This document shows, piece after piece, positions 38,326-48,115 of a DNA stretch of 64,000 nt. A program made the position numbers and the translations under genes. The notes beneath the pieces are model-generated. The model saw only the letters and a list, made by a program, of their open reading frames with translations, did not search any database and had not been told where the DNA came from. The number at the start of each line of letters is the position of its first letter. Positions within the stretch are counted from its first letter, which is position 1. Origin of the DNA: Polyangiaceae bacterium (GTDB lineage: Bacteria; Myxococcota_A; Polyangia; Polyangiales; Polyangiaceae); NCBI GenBank assembly GCA_050287085.1, contig JBNKBE010000016.1, positions 86,541-150,540 on the forward strand, read 5' to 3'.

Positions 38326-39032
38326 GCTCCGAGCCCGCTCGGTAGCCGATGTCCAGAGCCACGCGGTCGGAGGAAGCGGCATGCGCCAAGCGACATGGCC
38401 AAGGCGTTGCTGTCGTAGGTTGGCGTCGCTGTCGCCAACTTCCCCACTTGCTACGTGGGACCCATGGTAGTTGTTGTCAGGAGAGCAGCATGCGGTCGCG
38501 CAGCGACTTGTGGCGTAGGGCGAGAGCTTTCCGGCCATCGACGGGCGCGGAGGCGGGGAAACTCTGTCAGAAGGTTGCTCACTTCGCGTACGACGTTCGG
38601 GGCCGGGTCCAAACTGGACCACAGTCTCGTCTTGCGCCAGCCCCGCGGCGAGATTTCTTTGGTCGCGAGTGACCGGTTTTCGTCCTAGAAATGAGCGTGA
38701 AAGAGGCGACGCCCTTGAGCGGCCGGCTCTCGTGCAATTGGGGAGAAGACGAGACCTAAGTTGCGGATAAGTTGGAAAAATGGTCTAGGGCGTCAGTTGT
38801 GGTAGAGGGCCTGGTGAGGCTGCGGGAGAGGTAAGCGATAGCCGGCTGATGGCTGGGCGCGGAGACGCCTGCGGTGTGTGTCCTACATTCCGGAGTTGAA
38901 CCAGCTCCAGAAATGCGAGCATGCGTTCGCCATGGGTCCCCGCGGCAGTGGTGAAAGTTTGTGGCCTGGGTACTGGCGGGGTGGTAGCACACTGCTCTGG
39001 GTGCAGTGCCGCATCCCATTGTGGGGGTCCAG

Positions 39033-42000
39033 ATGAATAGACGTTCGAATGCTTTAGCGTGCTGCAGCACGCTACTGTTGCTCATATCTTGTTCAGGACG
39101 GATCGAGGGACCGTCCCCCGCGTTGCTCTCCGAGGAGGAGGGCGAGTCCTTGGCGACGACCATCGTGTGTCGCGACCAGCTTAGCACGGAGGTCGTGGTC
39201 AGCGGCGACGGCTTCTCCCCGATTCCGGTCAACATTCCCAATGGCCCCAAGGTTGCTTTGCCCAGCATCACGCTGTCGCGCACATCCGAGCTCAATGGGG
39301 ACCCGGTAGACACGCCGGTAGATGTACTGTTCAGCGGCACGCCCGACGATCGCACCAACATCAAGTGGCTCACCTGGCAGAGCCAGAAGCAGATGACGTT
39401 CACGGTAAACCAGTCGCTGTCCGTGGATGGGGACTCTTCCGTTTTGCCAGAAGGGATCCACGACATCCTGGTTAGAAATCCAGATGATGAGAAGACCCAG
39501 CAGACGGGCGTACTTGCCGTCGTGAGCAAGCCAGTGCTTGAAGCGCCCTCGCCCTCGATTACATGCCTAGCGCAAGGTGCGCGGGAGCTTACGCTCAACG
39601 GCGCCACGTTTCTCGACATCGACGGTGACCTCGTCGGCTTCGAGGTAGCGGGCGAGGCCACCCCCTTTGTTCCCAGTGCCCTGAGAAACTGTACGAAAAT
39701 CGCTCGCACTGGTCTCAACGCTCGTACGTGCGAATCGGCGACCGTGACGCTCGGCAAGGATTCCGTGGCGACCGGCTATCATCGCGTCAACGTGCACAAT
39801 CCGGAAACGGCAGCTTGTCGCAGCGAAGAGGAGATCCTTCTCCGTGTTGTCCCACCGCCGTCAATCAGCCGCGTGGTGCCCCCTCTTGCCTGCGTGGCCG
39901 AGAGTGAGCGCATGTTCACTATTGAAGGCAAAGACTATCTCGAGATCGACGGTGCCCTGCCATCACTCACGGTTGGGGGTACCGCATTTGACGTGCTGAC
40001 CGCCTCGGGATGCAAGACGCTTCCGACGATGGGCCACAGTGTTCGCCGCTGTACGGAGCTCTCCTTCACGGTGCCTCAGGATGGGCTGCCGGTGGGGCAG
40101 CCCGAAGTGGTGGTCACCAATCCGGATCCTGCGGGCTGCGAGGCCTCGAACGCGGTGGCTTTGACCATTGTACCACCTCCGAGCATCGAGGAGGTGGTTC
40201 CGGATGCGATCTGCCTCGATGAGAGCATGCGTTCGGTCGAAGTGAATGGCGAAGGCTTCCTGGAAGTAGATGGTGTGGTCCCTGCGGTGCTTGTGGCGGA
40301 CGTCGAGTTGCTAGCGAGCGCCGTTTCGGTGTCGGGTTGTGAGACGATCCCCGTCGATGGCATGAAGGTCCGTCGCTGCGACACCTTGCGGCTGTCCATT
40401 CCGAAGAACGCGCTTGACCCGACGGTGGCCGACATATGGGTTACCAACCCGCAGCCTGCCGGGTGTTCTGACTTAGCGCCAGACGCGTTGGCCATCTTGG
40501 GAGCACCGGAAGTGCTGTCGGCTGCGCCGCCCTTGATCTGTACCGACGACGTGGAGCGTCAGCTGGTCTTGTCGGGCGTCGACTTTGTCAGGGTGGGTGA
40601 CACGTTTCCCACGGTTACCATCGACGGCAGAGACGTTAACGTAGATGCGGCAGACGGATGCAGGGACGTCCCAGTGGCGGGTGGCGGTCTACAGTCGTGC
40701 GACACGCTGACCGTCACCGTGCCAAAGGGCGCACTCTCCGCCGGTCAGAACGACGTCCGGGTTTCCAACCCAGAGCCGGTGGGGTGTTCGGGAGATGCGG
40801 CTGTGTTGACCACGCCGCCCACTGTCACATTGACGTCAGCAGAGCCTGGCAACGTGTGCACGACCAGTGGAGCGCTGAGCGTGAGCTTCACGGGCACCGG
40901 TTTCCTCAGGGTTGACGGTAACGACTTCAGCGTATTCGTCGAAGGGACCGAGGTCGTGCCCACGGCGATTACCGGATGCAACTCGCTCGAAGTCGCGGGA
41001 ATGGACGTGAAAAGCTGCACCGGCTTCCAAATTCCTTTCGAGCCGAGCGGCATGTCGGTCGGCGACGTGGAGGTCGTGGTCAGCAACCCAGCGCCGAGCA
41101 GCTGCGAGGTCTCGGCCTCCAACGTATTCCGGCTCGTCGGGCCGCCGACGATTGCGGCGGTCGTTCCGAGCAACGTCTGTTCCGATGTGAGCACGACTCT
41201 GGCACTGACGGGCACAGGATTCGTTCCCGGAGCCATGGTACTGGCGGGCGGCGTCGCCGCTGACGCGGTGGTTGTCACCAGCGCAACGTCGCTCGAAGCT
41301 ACTTGGGATTCCGGGCTTGCTGCCGGCACCCACGATGTGACGGTGAACAACGATGCGGGCGGCACGTGCGCTACGACCGTGAGCCGCGCACTAGTGGTCG
41401 ATCCGACGCCTCTGGTCTTCTTCGTGGATCCACCGGTGCTCTACAACGGGATCCAAGTCGGTGCGACCATCTTCACGAGCGGATTGTCGGCGTTGGCGCA
41501 GTCGGTGGACCTGGTGGATTCGACGGGCAACTCCACCCCGGTCGTCAGCTTTGATAGTCCTGACCGGCCCAATCGCATTCAGGCCGAAATACCCGCAGGG
41601 CTCGTGGCGGGTGACTACGAAGTTCGCGTGACCAGTCAGCTTGGATGCGTGGGCGGCTTGCCCGGAGCGGTCACAGTGACTGATGCGCTGACGCTTGACC
41701 TCAGCTCGATCGATCCCAGCTACGTTTCGTCGACCAAAGATACCGCGGTGACGCTCGCTGCGACCAGTCCCCCGGCGGCAGACAAGGTTGGATTCGCGTC
41801 CACGCCTCGCATCTACCTCGACCCGACCGGCAGCAACACGTTGGCGACCGCTATGCGCGCCGTGGTCTACCAGTCGGGCGAACAGCTGAGCGCGGTGGTA
41901 CCGAGCGGGCTCGCCGCCGGTTCGTACAACGTCATTGTCGTCAATCCGAACGGCGAGGTGGGTGTGCTCGCGGACGGGCTGACCATCACGGCGACGGAGC

Positions 42001-43727
42001 CGCCGCTGATCACGGCCGTGGTTCCGTCTTCGCTCGACAACAATGCCGATCAGCCTGCACGTATCATCGGGCAGAACTTTGATACCGTGGGGGTCGCCGT
42101 TCAGCTGGAGTGCCGCGCGCCTGGGCAAAACACGATTGCAACGCTTGCAGCCACGGTCACGAGTGCTACGGCCACTGAGGTCCAGGCGACACTCCCGAGC
42201 TCGGGTCTGACGGCTGACACGGTGTGTATCGTGCGGGCCACCAACGGTGACGGAGCTTTCTTCCGTTACTCGGCGATCAGCGCCAAGTCGCCGGCTCAGA
42301 ACCTGGGTGCTTGGAGTGGTGGCGCGTCGCTGACTGCCGGCCGCCGAGCGCTGTCAGCAGTGGCGGCGCGTCCGACCGAGACCAGTCGCTTCGTTTACGC
42401 CATCGGCGGTGACGACGGCACATCGGCGAGCGCAAGAAGTGACGTCGAGGCGGTGAGTGTCGACGTATTTGGCGACATGGGTTCATTCGCCTTGCAGCGG
42501 TCGCAACTGCCGGCGCCACGAACCTTGGCAAGCGCCGTCACGGTGGGGCGCTTCGTGTATCTGACGGGCGGACACGACGGTACGAGCGCCACCGACACGG
42601 TGCTCCGCGCCCAGGTGCTAGACCCCCTCGCGGGACCCGAGATCGTAGATCTGGACGCGCAGCTGGTGGACAGCGAAGCGCTACCAGCGGGACTTTGGTT
42701 TTATCGCGTTTCCGCAACCTTTCCCAGCGCGGATGCTGACAATCCCGGCGGTGAGTCGCTGCCCGGTGAGGTGTTCACGGTGCAGTTGCCCGACACGGGC
42801 GGCGGCATCGAGCTGACCCTCAAGTGGGCCCAGGTGACTGGGGCCAGTGGCTACCGCGTATTCCGCACGGCAGCGCCGGACGGAAACGTTGACAACTTGG
42901 AGCTCCTGGGAACCGTATCGTGTCCGAGTGATGCTGCTTGTGACTGCGGTACGGACATCGCTTGCCAACTTACGGACGCAGGCGATGCCACAACGGCCAG
43001 CGAAACACCCCTTCCGGGAGGCTCGCTCGGCATCTGGCATGCGGCTGGGACGCTGGCTTCGAAGCGCGAAGGGCACAAGACGGTTGCCGTCGACAACCCG
43101 GCTACCCCCGGAGAGGTCTTCCTCTACGCCTTTGGCGGTCGCGACGAGACAGGCACGCTGCTCGATAGCTACGAGTACTCTACCGTTTCTGTGTTAGGAA
43201 ATGGTGAACAGTCGCCCGGGGCTTGGGCGCTGAGTGCAGATACGATCGGGGTGCCCAAGGCGGATCTAGCGGCGTGGGTGGTCACCAATGACGACTCCAA
43301 CTTCGTTCCAGCGGGGCAAGTGCAGGTCTTCGTGGGCACTGGGCGCACCGGAACCAACACTACAACGGGAGAGATCTTCTCTGGTTGGGTGGATACAACG
43401 AACACCAGCGGCGAACTGCAAGCGACAGCAGGCGGCAGTCTAGACGCCGAAAACGCAGCGCAGCAGATCGCAGCAGCGGCCTTCGGCGACGCGGGCGGGT
43501 ACTTGTTCTTGTTCGCGGGAACTCGCTCTTCGTTCACCTCCACCGATAGTTCTACGCCGGTTATCGCCGGCCCGGACCTGGACAATTGGAATAGCCTGGG
43601 CGGCGGCAGTCTCGCAACGCGCCGCGCGTATGCCGCTGGGGTACAGGAGAGCGCATTCTTCTTCGTCCTGGGCGGTGTCGATAGCGGTGGCAGCGCTCTC
43701 ACGGCTGTCGAAAGGACGGTACAATGA
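39033..43727 (+). CDS. Giant surface lipoprotein: Cys-containing Ig/IPT-like repeats plus Kelch-like C-terminal region
   Basis: Lipobox LISC; five ~108-aa repeats (GxxFLxIDG..C..C..VxNP..C); IPT-like repeats; Kelch-like VYAIGGDDG, VYLTGGHDG, LYAFGGRD, FVLGGVD. Confidence 0.8.
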   Translation: MNRRSNALACCSTLLLLISCSGRIEGPSPALLSEEEGESLATTIVCRDQLSTEVVVSGDGFSPIPVNIPNGPKVALPSITLSRTSELNGDPVDTPVDVLFSGTPDDRTNIKWLTWQSQKQMTFTVNQSLSVDGDSSVLPEGIHDILVRNPDDEKTQQTGVLAVVSKPVLEAPSPSITCLAQGARELTLNGATFLDIDGDLVGFEVAGEATPFVPSALRNCTKIARTGLNARTCESATVTLGKDSVATGYHRVNVHNPETAACRSEEEILLRVVPPPSISRVVPPLACVAESERMFTIEGKDYLEIDGALPSLTVGGTAFDVLTASGCKTLPTMGHSVRRCTELSFTVPQDGLPVGQPEVVVTNPDPAGCEASNAVALTIVPPPSIEEVVPDAICLDESMRSVEVNGEGFLEVDGVVPAVLVADVELLASAVSVSGCETIPVDGMKVRRCDTLRLSIPKNALDPTVADIWVTNPQPAGCSDLAPDALAILGAPEVLSAAPPLICTDDVERQLVLSGVDFVRVGDTFPTVTIDGRDVNVDAADGCRDVPVAGGGLQSCDTLTVTVPKGALSAGQNDVRVSNPEPVGCSGDAAVLTTPPTVTLTSAEPGNVCTTSGALSVSFTGTGFLRVDGNDFSVFVEGTEVVPTAITGCNSLEVAGMDVKSCTGFQIPFEPSGMSVGDVEVVVSNPAPSSCEVSASNVFRLVGPPTIAAVVPSNVCSDVSTTLALTGTGFVPGAMVLAGGVAADAVVVTSATSLEATWDSGLAAGTHDVTVNNDAGGTCATTVSRALVVDPTPLVFFVDPPVLYNGIQVGATIFTSGLSALAQSVDLVDSTGNSTPVVSFDSPDRPNRIQAEIPAGLVAGDYEVRVTSQLGCVGGLPGAVTVTDALTLDLSSIDPSYVSSTKDTAVTLAATSPPAADKVGFASTPRIYLDPTGSNTLATAMRAVVYQSGEQLSAVVPSGLAAGSYNVIVVNPNGEVGVLADGLTITATEPPLITAVVPSSLDNNADQPARIIGQNFDTVGVAVQLECRAPGQNTIATLAATVTSATATEVQATLPSSGLTADTVCIVRATNGDGAFFRYSAISAKSPAQNLGAWSGGASLTAGRRALSAVAARPTETSRFVYAIGGDDGTSASARSDVEAVSVDVFGDMGSFALQRSQLPAPRTLASAVTVGRFVYLTGGHDGTSATDTVLRAQVLDPLAGPEIVDLDAQLVDSEALPAGLWFYRVSATFPSADADNPGGESLPGEVFTVQLPDTGGGIELTLKWAQVTGASGYRVFRTAAPDGNVDNLELLGTVSCPSDAACDCGTDIACQLTDAGDATTASETPLPGGSLGIWHAAGTLASKREGHKTVAVDNPATPGEVFLYAFGGRDETGTLLDSYEYSTVSVLGNGEQSPGAWALSADTIGVPKADLAAWVVTNDDSNFVPAGQVQVFVGTGRTGTNTTTGEIFSGWVDTTNTSGELQATAGGSLDAENAAQQIAAAAFGDAGGYLFLFAGTRSSFTSTDSSTPVIAGPDLDNWNSLGGGSLATRRAYAAGVQESAFFFVLGGVDSGGSALTAVERTVQ

Positions 43728-44458
43728 GCACTTTGAAGACGAGGAGCCGGATGAGGCGCGGTAGCGTGGCTGGGTTGATGGTTGGCGCGGCGGTTTGCGT
43801 CGCACCGACGCTGGCGGCGGCACAGGACGAGGCGGAGTCCGCCGGGAAGTCCAACTTCATGTACGAAGAGGGAGGCCTGATGGGTATCGGTCTGGCCGCG
43901 GGGGCCAAGCTTGGAGGGGGTTTTGGTGCCCCATTCAATCAGCTCGACACCGCCTTCGTGGGGGAGCTGGAAGTGGGTTACAATCTGCCGTTTCTGAAAC
44001 GCTCCTTCGGGGTATTCTTGGCGGGCCAATACGTTCGACCCACAATGAGCGACAGCGGTATTGTAGATACATACGGGGCGTCCGCCGATGGTAGCCGGCT
44101 CCCGGGTGACGCAAGCTACGAGCTAACTCAGCAGCAGGCGGTGATGACGCTAGGAGCTACCTATCGTGTTCCGCTGAACATCCCCATGTTTCGCCCATAC
44201 GTTGCTTTGGGCGGTCGCTACGTCATGATGAGCACTCAGATTGCGGCCAGGTCGGGCGACGAGTCTTTCGGGACCAACACGGAATACGGTAAGGCTTTTG
44301 GATTCTACGGCGCGGCCGGCGGCGAACTGCACCTCGGCCCGGGGGCTGCGCTACTGGAGCTGCAATGGAGTCGTGTCCGCGTCGCTGATCAGTACGTGCT
44401 GCGCCACACCAACGTCAGCGCGCTGAACCTGGCGCTCGGCTACCGCTTCTTCTTGTAG
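43724..44458 (+). CDS. Small outer-membrane beta-barrel protein
   Basis: Signal peptide ending LAAAQ, alternating amphipathic strands, PYVALGG, C-terminal LGYRFFL; ATGA overlap with the giant lipoprotein. Confidence 0.75.
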   Translation: MSTLKTRSRMRRGSVAGLMVGAAVCVAPTLAAAQDEAESAGKSNFMYEEGGLMGIGLAAGAKLGGGFGAPFNQLDTAFVGELEVGYNLPFLKRSFGVFLAGQYVRPTMSDSGIVDTYGASADGSRLPGDASYELTQQQAVMTLGATYRVPLNIPMFRPYVALGGRYVMMSTQIAARSGDESFGTNTEYGKAFGFYGAAGGELHLGPGAALLELQWSRVRVADQYVLRHTNVSALNLALGYRFFL

Positions 44459-44567
44459 CGGCGGCGCAGTCAGTGGGGGAAAGATCGCGGGAGGAGGCGA
44501 CCCGCTTGAAGACCCAGTTCACACGTGAGGTAGTTTGGCTCCGCGGCGGTCGCAGCCCGCCAGGGTA

Positions 44568-44921
44568 CTACTCGCTGCGCAAGATCTTCGCCATCACTTT
44601 GCCTTTGGCGAGTTCGTCGATGAGTTTGTCAAGGTAACGGATCTCACGCATCAAGGGCTCGGCGACCTCTTCGACCCGCACTCCGCAAACCACTCCCTTG
44701 ATGAGCGCCCGTGCCGGGTTCATCTCCGGAGCCTGAGAAAAGAAGGCTTCCACATCCACCTCTTTGCGGAGCTGGGAATCTAGCTTTCTTTGGGTGTAGC
44801 CTGTGAGCCAGCGGATGATCTGGTCTACCTCCGCCTTGGTGCGGCCCTTGCGCTCCGCTTTCGCCACGTAGGCAGGGTAGACGCTAGAGAAGGCGAGCTT
44901 GTAGATGCGGTGTTGGGTCAT
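44568..44921 (-). CDS. DUF2200 family protein
   Basis: [57 protein letters not shown]. Confidence 0.9.
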   Translation of the reverse strand: MTQHRIYKLAFSSVYPAYVAKAERKGRTKAEVDQIIRWLTGYTQRKLDSQLRKEVDVEAFFSQAPEMNPARALIKGVVCGVRVEEVAEPLMREIRYLDKLIDELAKGKVMAKILRSE

Positions 44922-45077
44922 GGCGTCGACAAGCGAGGCTAGCGAAGCCTTCGTTCTCGTCAATGGAAAGCGTCCTGGTTAAACCTTGGGTGAGCCCGCG
45001 ACGCGTCCGCCTCGCGGCGGTCTCGAGCGGACCTCAGGTGTTTGACGAAGGACCGCAAATGTTGTTGGGTGCTGAGG

Positions 45078-46772
45078 ATGCGTTCATTCTTCCGGACTTC
45101 GATCTATCGTGCGGCCCTGGCCTGGGGCTTCGCTGCCGCGCTCACGCCGGCCTGCGCTGATCGCGAAGCCCCTTCGAGGGACGAGCAGCCCGCGCCCAAG
45201 GGGCGCGACAACTCAACCGAAAGCGATGCCTCTCGGCCCGAGACGACATCTGGCGATTCGAGTCCGAAGATGTCCACGGATGTGGACGCATCGAACGGAA
45301 GCTCTTTGGATGGCGCGGGGGGAGGGCGTCCGGATGCGGGGAGTGCGGAGCCGGATGCGGGGGCGGCAGGCGCTAGCCGTGACGGCAAGGACGGTAAGCT
45401 GCCGATTCACTTCGTTGGCCTGGCGTCTGGTACCAAGCTGGTGGCCAAGACTCGACCGTTTGCCTACGACGACTATCCGTCTTGCGACGCTGAGGTGAAC
45501 GAAGGGGGGGAGCCCATCATCACTGAGTGCGTGGCGCGCGCAATCGTGGACGACCTCAACGACGAGCTGGAAGCTCTCGCGGGCGTTCGCTTGTTCACGT
45601 TTGGAGCGTTCGAGGTGCGCCCGTACTCGCTGCAGGCTGAAATGAAGGCACCCGCATCGGGCGCAGAAGTCCCTCGCGACTTCTGGAATGCCGAGTTCGT
45701 TCATCCGGACGCGCTGACCATCGTTATGCCGGAGGTTGTCGACTCGACCTTCATGTGCACCAATGAGGCGATCTTCGCCGACCCGGGCCTTTGGTTTGCG
45801 GCCCCAGCGGGCGCGCGGAAGGGCCAGATGCTCTATGGGCTCGCTCGGATGATCGGTCTGCACGACGGGCTTTCAGCTGGTGACCGCTACGAGGGATGCG
45901 GAGGATTCGACTATCCGGAGCCTTCGAGCGATCCTTGCGCGTGTGAATATCATCCCAGTCGTCCCATCTATCCCCAGGACGCAACGTGTCCGGTTTGTGA
46001 GCCAGAGCCGACGCTGGACACCCCCACCTACGGAGCGCTCTCGCGGCACGCCGCCAAGTGTTGGTTGACCCAGCTGCATCGTTGCTCATTTGGTCTCAAC
46101 CCGTGGTCTGATCGAATTCAGTGCAGCGGAGCCGACGGGGACGTGACTTGCTCGTGCCCGGTTGCAAGGCCCACGGACGAGCCGTTGACGTTCACGGTTA
46201 GCAGTTGTGCGACGACGGCCGAGGACGAGCGCCTGAGCAAGGCGAAGGAAGTGTGCGGCGTGCGCAGTTGTCGCTATCCGGACGACGAGGCAATCGTGTG
46301 CGAAGGCTTCGCTACGGAGAACAGTCTTCCTTGTGCCTGTCCGAGTGGTCACGTCTTCTACCATGTGGGGGACGCTTGTTCGGTGATCGAAAGCGCGGAG
46401 CCCGATCCCACGCGTTGTGAGCTACCCTACGAAGAATGCATAGATCCTTTCGGGCATGACGACACCGTGCTCGACTGCTTCGAGTTCCAAGCGGAGCTCC
46501 GCTGCATCTGTCCTGAGACAAGTGGAGGAACGTATTTCATCGTCGACTCCTGCGACCTGAGTGAGCGCGCGAGCCGCCTCGCCCAGGCGGAGGAGGTCTG
46601 CGGTGTCAATACGTGTGAGATCCCCGGGCGCCCCGACGTGGACTGCATAGGATTGGGAACGGAGTCCAGCGTCGATTGCCGATGTCCAGGGGGCGAGCTG
46701 TTCCGCCTCCCCGTGGACTGTACCGGCGCAGATTTCACCCAAGCGATCGATCAGATCTGCGGTCCTCGTTGA
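45078..46772 (+). CDS. Cys-rich lipoprotein with degenerate zincin-like segment and duplicated C-terminal Cys module
   Basis: Lipobox TPAC; linker; LPIHFV..LYGLARMIGLHD; two similar modules containing EVCGV..C. Confidence 0.6.
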   Translation: MRSFFRTSIYRAALAWGFAAALTPACADREAPSRDEQPAPKGRDNSTESDASRPETTSGDSSPKMSTDVDASNGSSLDGAGGGRPDAGSAEPDAGAAGASRDGKDGKLPIHFVGLASGTKLVAKTRPFAYDDYPSCDAEVNEGGEPIITECVARAIVDDLNDELEALAGVRLFTFGAFEVRPYSLQAEMKAPASGAEVPRDFWNAEFVHPDALTIVMPEVVDSTFMCTNEAIFADPGLWFAAPAGARKGQMLYGLARMIGLHDGLSAGDRYEGCGGFDYPEPSSDPCACEYHPSRPIYPQDATCPVCEPEPTLDTPTYGALSRHAAKCWLTQLHRCSFGLNPWSDRIQCSGADGDVTCSCPVARPTDEPLTFTVSSCATTAEDERLSKAKEVCGVRSCRYPDDEAIVCEGFATENSLPCACPSGHVFYHVGDACSVIESAEPDPTRCELPYEECIDPFGHDDTVLDCFEFQAELRCICPETSGGTYFIVDSCDLSERASRLAQAEEVCGVNTCEIPGRPDVDCIGLGTESSVDCRCPGGELFRLPVDCTGADFTQAIDQICGPR

Positions 46773-46877
46773 CACGGCAGACCAGACGTTGAGCGGGTTT
46801 GGGGCGTCGGGTCGCGGAAGGACGCGAGCTGGACGTCGCCGGTCTTGCGCTTGGGGCGCTGAAACGCGGCGAGAGCC

Positions 46878-46909
46878 TTGACAATCCATAAGTGGCGACT
46901 TATGGATTG
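46878..46909 (+). promoter_or_regulatory. Sigma70-type -35 overlapped by a perfect 12-bp inverted repeat (putative ArsR operator)
   Basis: TTGACA at 46878; CAATCCATAAGT-GGCG-ACTTATGGATTG at 46882-46909. Confidence 0.75.
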
Positions 46910-46912
46910 GCC

Positions 46913-47230
46913 ATGGTGCCTATGGACGCCGTCTTTCGCGCGCTCGCGGACCCAAGCCGTCGAGCGATTTTCGAGCGCCTCACGGAGGGCGAAACGGGGG
47001 TGAAAGAACTCACCGAAGCATTTGCTCTATCGCAGCCCGCAGTCTCACAGCATCTCGCAGCCCTCGGCCAAGCCAGTCTGGTCACACATCGCCGGCAGGG
47101 GCGTCGGACCTACTATCGCGTGGCACCTGGTGGACTGCGTCCGCTGGTCGACTGGGTCGCGCGCTACAAGGTGTTCTGGCTCGAACGCGTCGACGCTCTA
47201 CAGCAGCTGCTCGAGGAGATGGACGAATGA
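46913..47230 (+). CDS. ArsR/SmtB-family regulator
   Basis: VFRALADPSRRAI, SQPAVSQHLAAL, RQGRRTYY; start 46913 or 46922. Confidence 0.92.
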   Translation: MVPMDAVFRALADPSRRAIFERLTEGETGVKELTEAFALSQPAVSQHLAALGQASLVTHRRQGRRTYYRVAPGGLRPLVDWVARYKVFWLERVDALQQLLEEMDE

Positions 47231-47652
47231 AGGAGAAAGCGATCGTTCTCGAATTCGATCTACCTCACCCCCCAAAAAAGGTGTGGCGAGCGCTTACGGA
47301 ACCAGAACTGCTTGCTCGTTGGCTCTTGAAGACCGACTTCGCCCCTGTTCTCGGCCACGCTTTCCAGTTCGTACGGGAGCCAACACCCGGCTGGAACGGC
47401 GTTATCAGCTGCGAAGTAATCCACTGCGATGAGCCCAGAGCCCTCAGCTATTCGTGGCAAGCGCTAGGCGTCGATACGGTGGTGACGTGGACCCTGGAAC
47501 CCATCGCCGCCGGCACACGTCTGCGGCTCGAACAGGCGGGATTCGATCCCGAGCACAAACAAGCCTGGGGCGGAGCACTCGCCGGATGGAAGCATATGGC
47601 AGGAGTTGCTCTGCCCGCAGTCTTGGCGCAACTCACCCAAACCCCTTGCTAG
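47227..47652 (+). CDS. SRPBCC/AHSA1 domain protein
   Basis: PPKKVWRALTEPELLARW, LSYSW, VTWTLEP..GTRLRLEQAGF..GW; ATGA-coupled to arsR. Confidence 0.9.
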   Translation: MKEKAIVLEFDLPHPPKKVWRALTEPELLARWLLKTDFAPVLGHAFQFVREPTPGWNGVISCEVIHCDEPRALSYSWQALGVDTVVTWTLEPIAAGTRLRLEQAGFDPEHKQAWGGALAGWKHMAGVALPAVLAQLTQTPC

Positions 47653-47658
47653 GAAGCT

Positions 47659-48024
47659 ATGAACATTCTCCTTTGGATCCTCCAATCCCTGCTAGCCGCG
47701 CACACTTTCATGGGCGCAATTTGGAAGTTTTCCAATCCAGCGAAGAACATACCTTCGCTTGCCGCAATCCCTGTCCCTGTGTGGACGGGTCTCAGCTTCA
47801 TCGAGATACTCTGCGCGGCGGGGCTCGTCCTCCCAGCCCTGGGTGCGCGTTTCGCACAGGCTCCCGCGATAGCGGCTAGCGTCGTGGCCGGAGAGATGCT
47901 CCTGTTCTGTGTTTTGCACCTCGCCTCTGGTGAGAAGGGTTATGGCCCCCTCGTCTATTGGCTTGTGGTTGCCGCTTTGGGTGGATGTGTCGTCTTGGGC
48001 CGGATAGGTCTGACACCGCACTGA
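47659..48024 (+). CDS. DoxX-like membrane protein
   Basis: MNILLWILQSLLA..K..EILCAAGLVLP; four TM segments. Confidence 0.75.
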   Translation: MNILLWILQSLLAAHTFMGAIWKFSNPAKNIPSLAAIPVPVWTGLSFIEILCAAGLVLPALGARFAQAPAIAASVVAGEMLLFCVLHLASGEKGYGPLVYWLVVAALGGCVVLGRIGLTPH

Positions 48025-48115
48025 GTCTCTCATCAGCCACAAGTGCCGGCGCCGACCCAGATGCTCCGGTCGGCGCTGTCGGTGGGCACTGTTGGGTCGG
48101 GTGTTGGCCCTCCCG

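Noticed and set aside
38757..38774. TAAGTTG direct repeat upstream of the giant lipoprotein
   Set aside because: Only two short copies and no cognate regulator nearby; could be chance.
38756..39757. Long antisense ORFs (also 9067-9966, 10881-11774, 43169-44029, 55252-56475)
   Set aside because: Shadow frames of well-supported genes, as expected in high-GC DNA.
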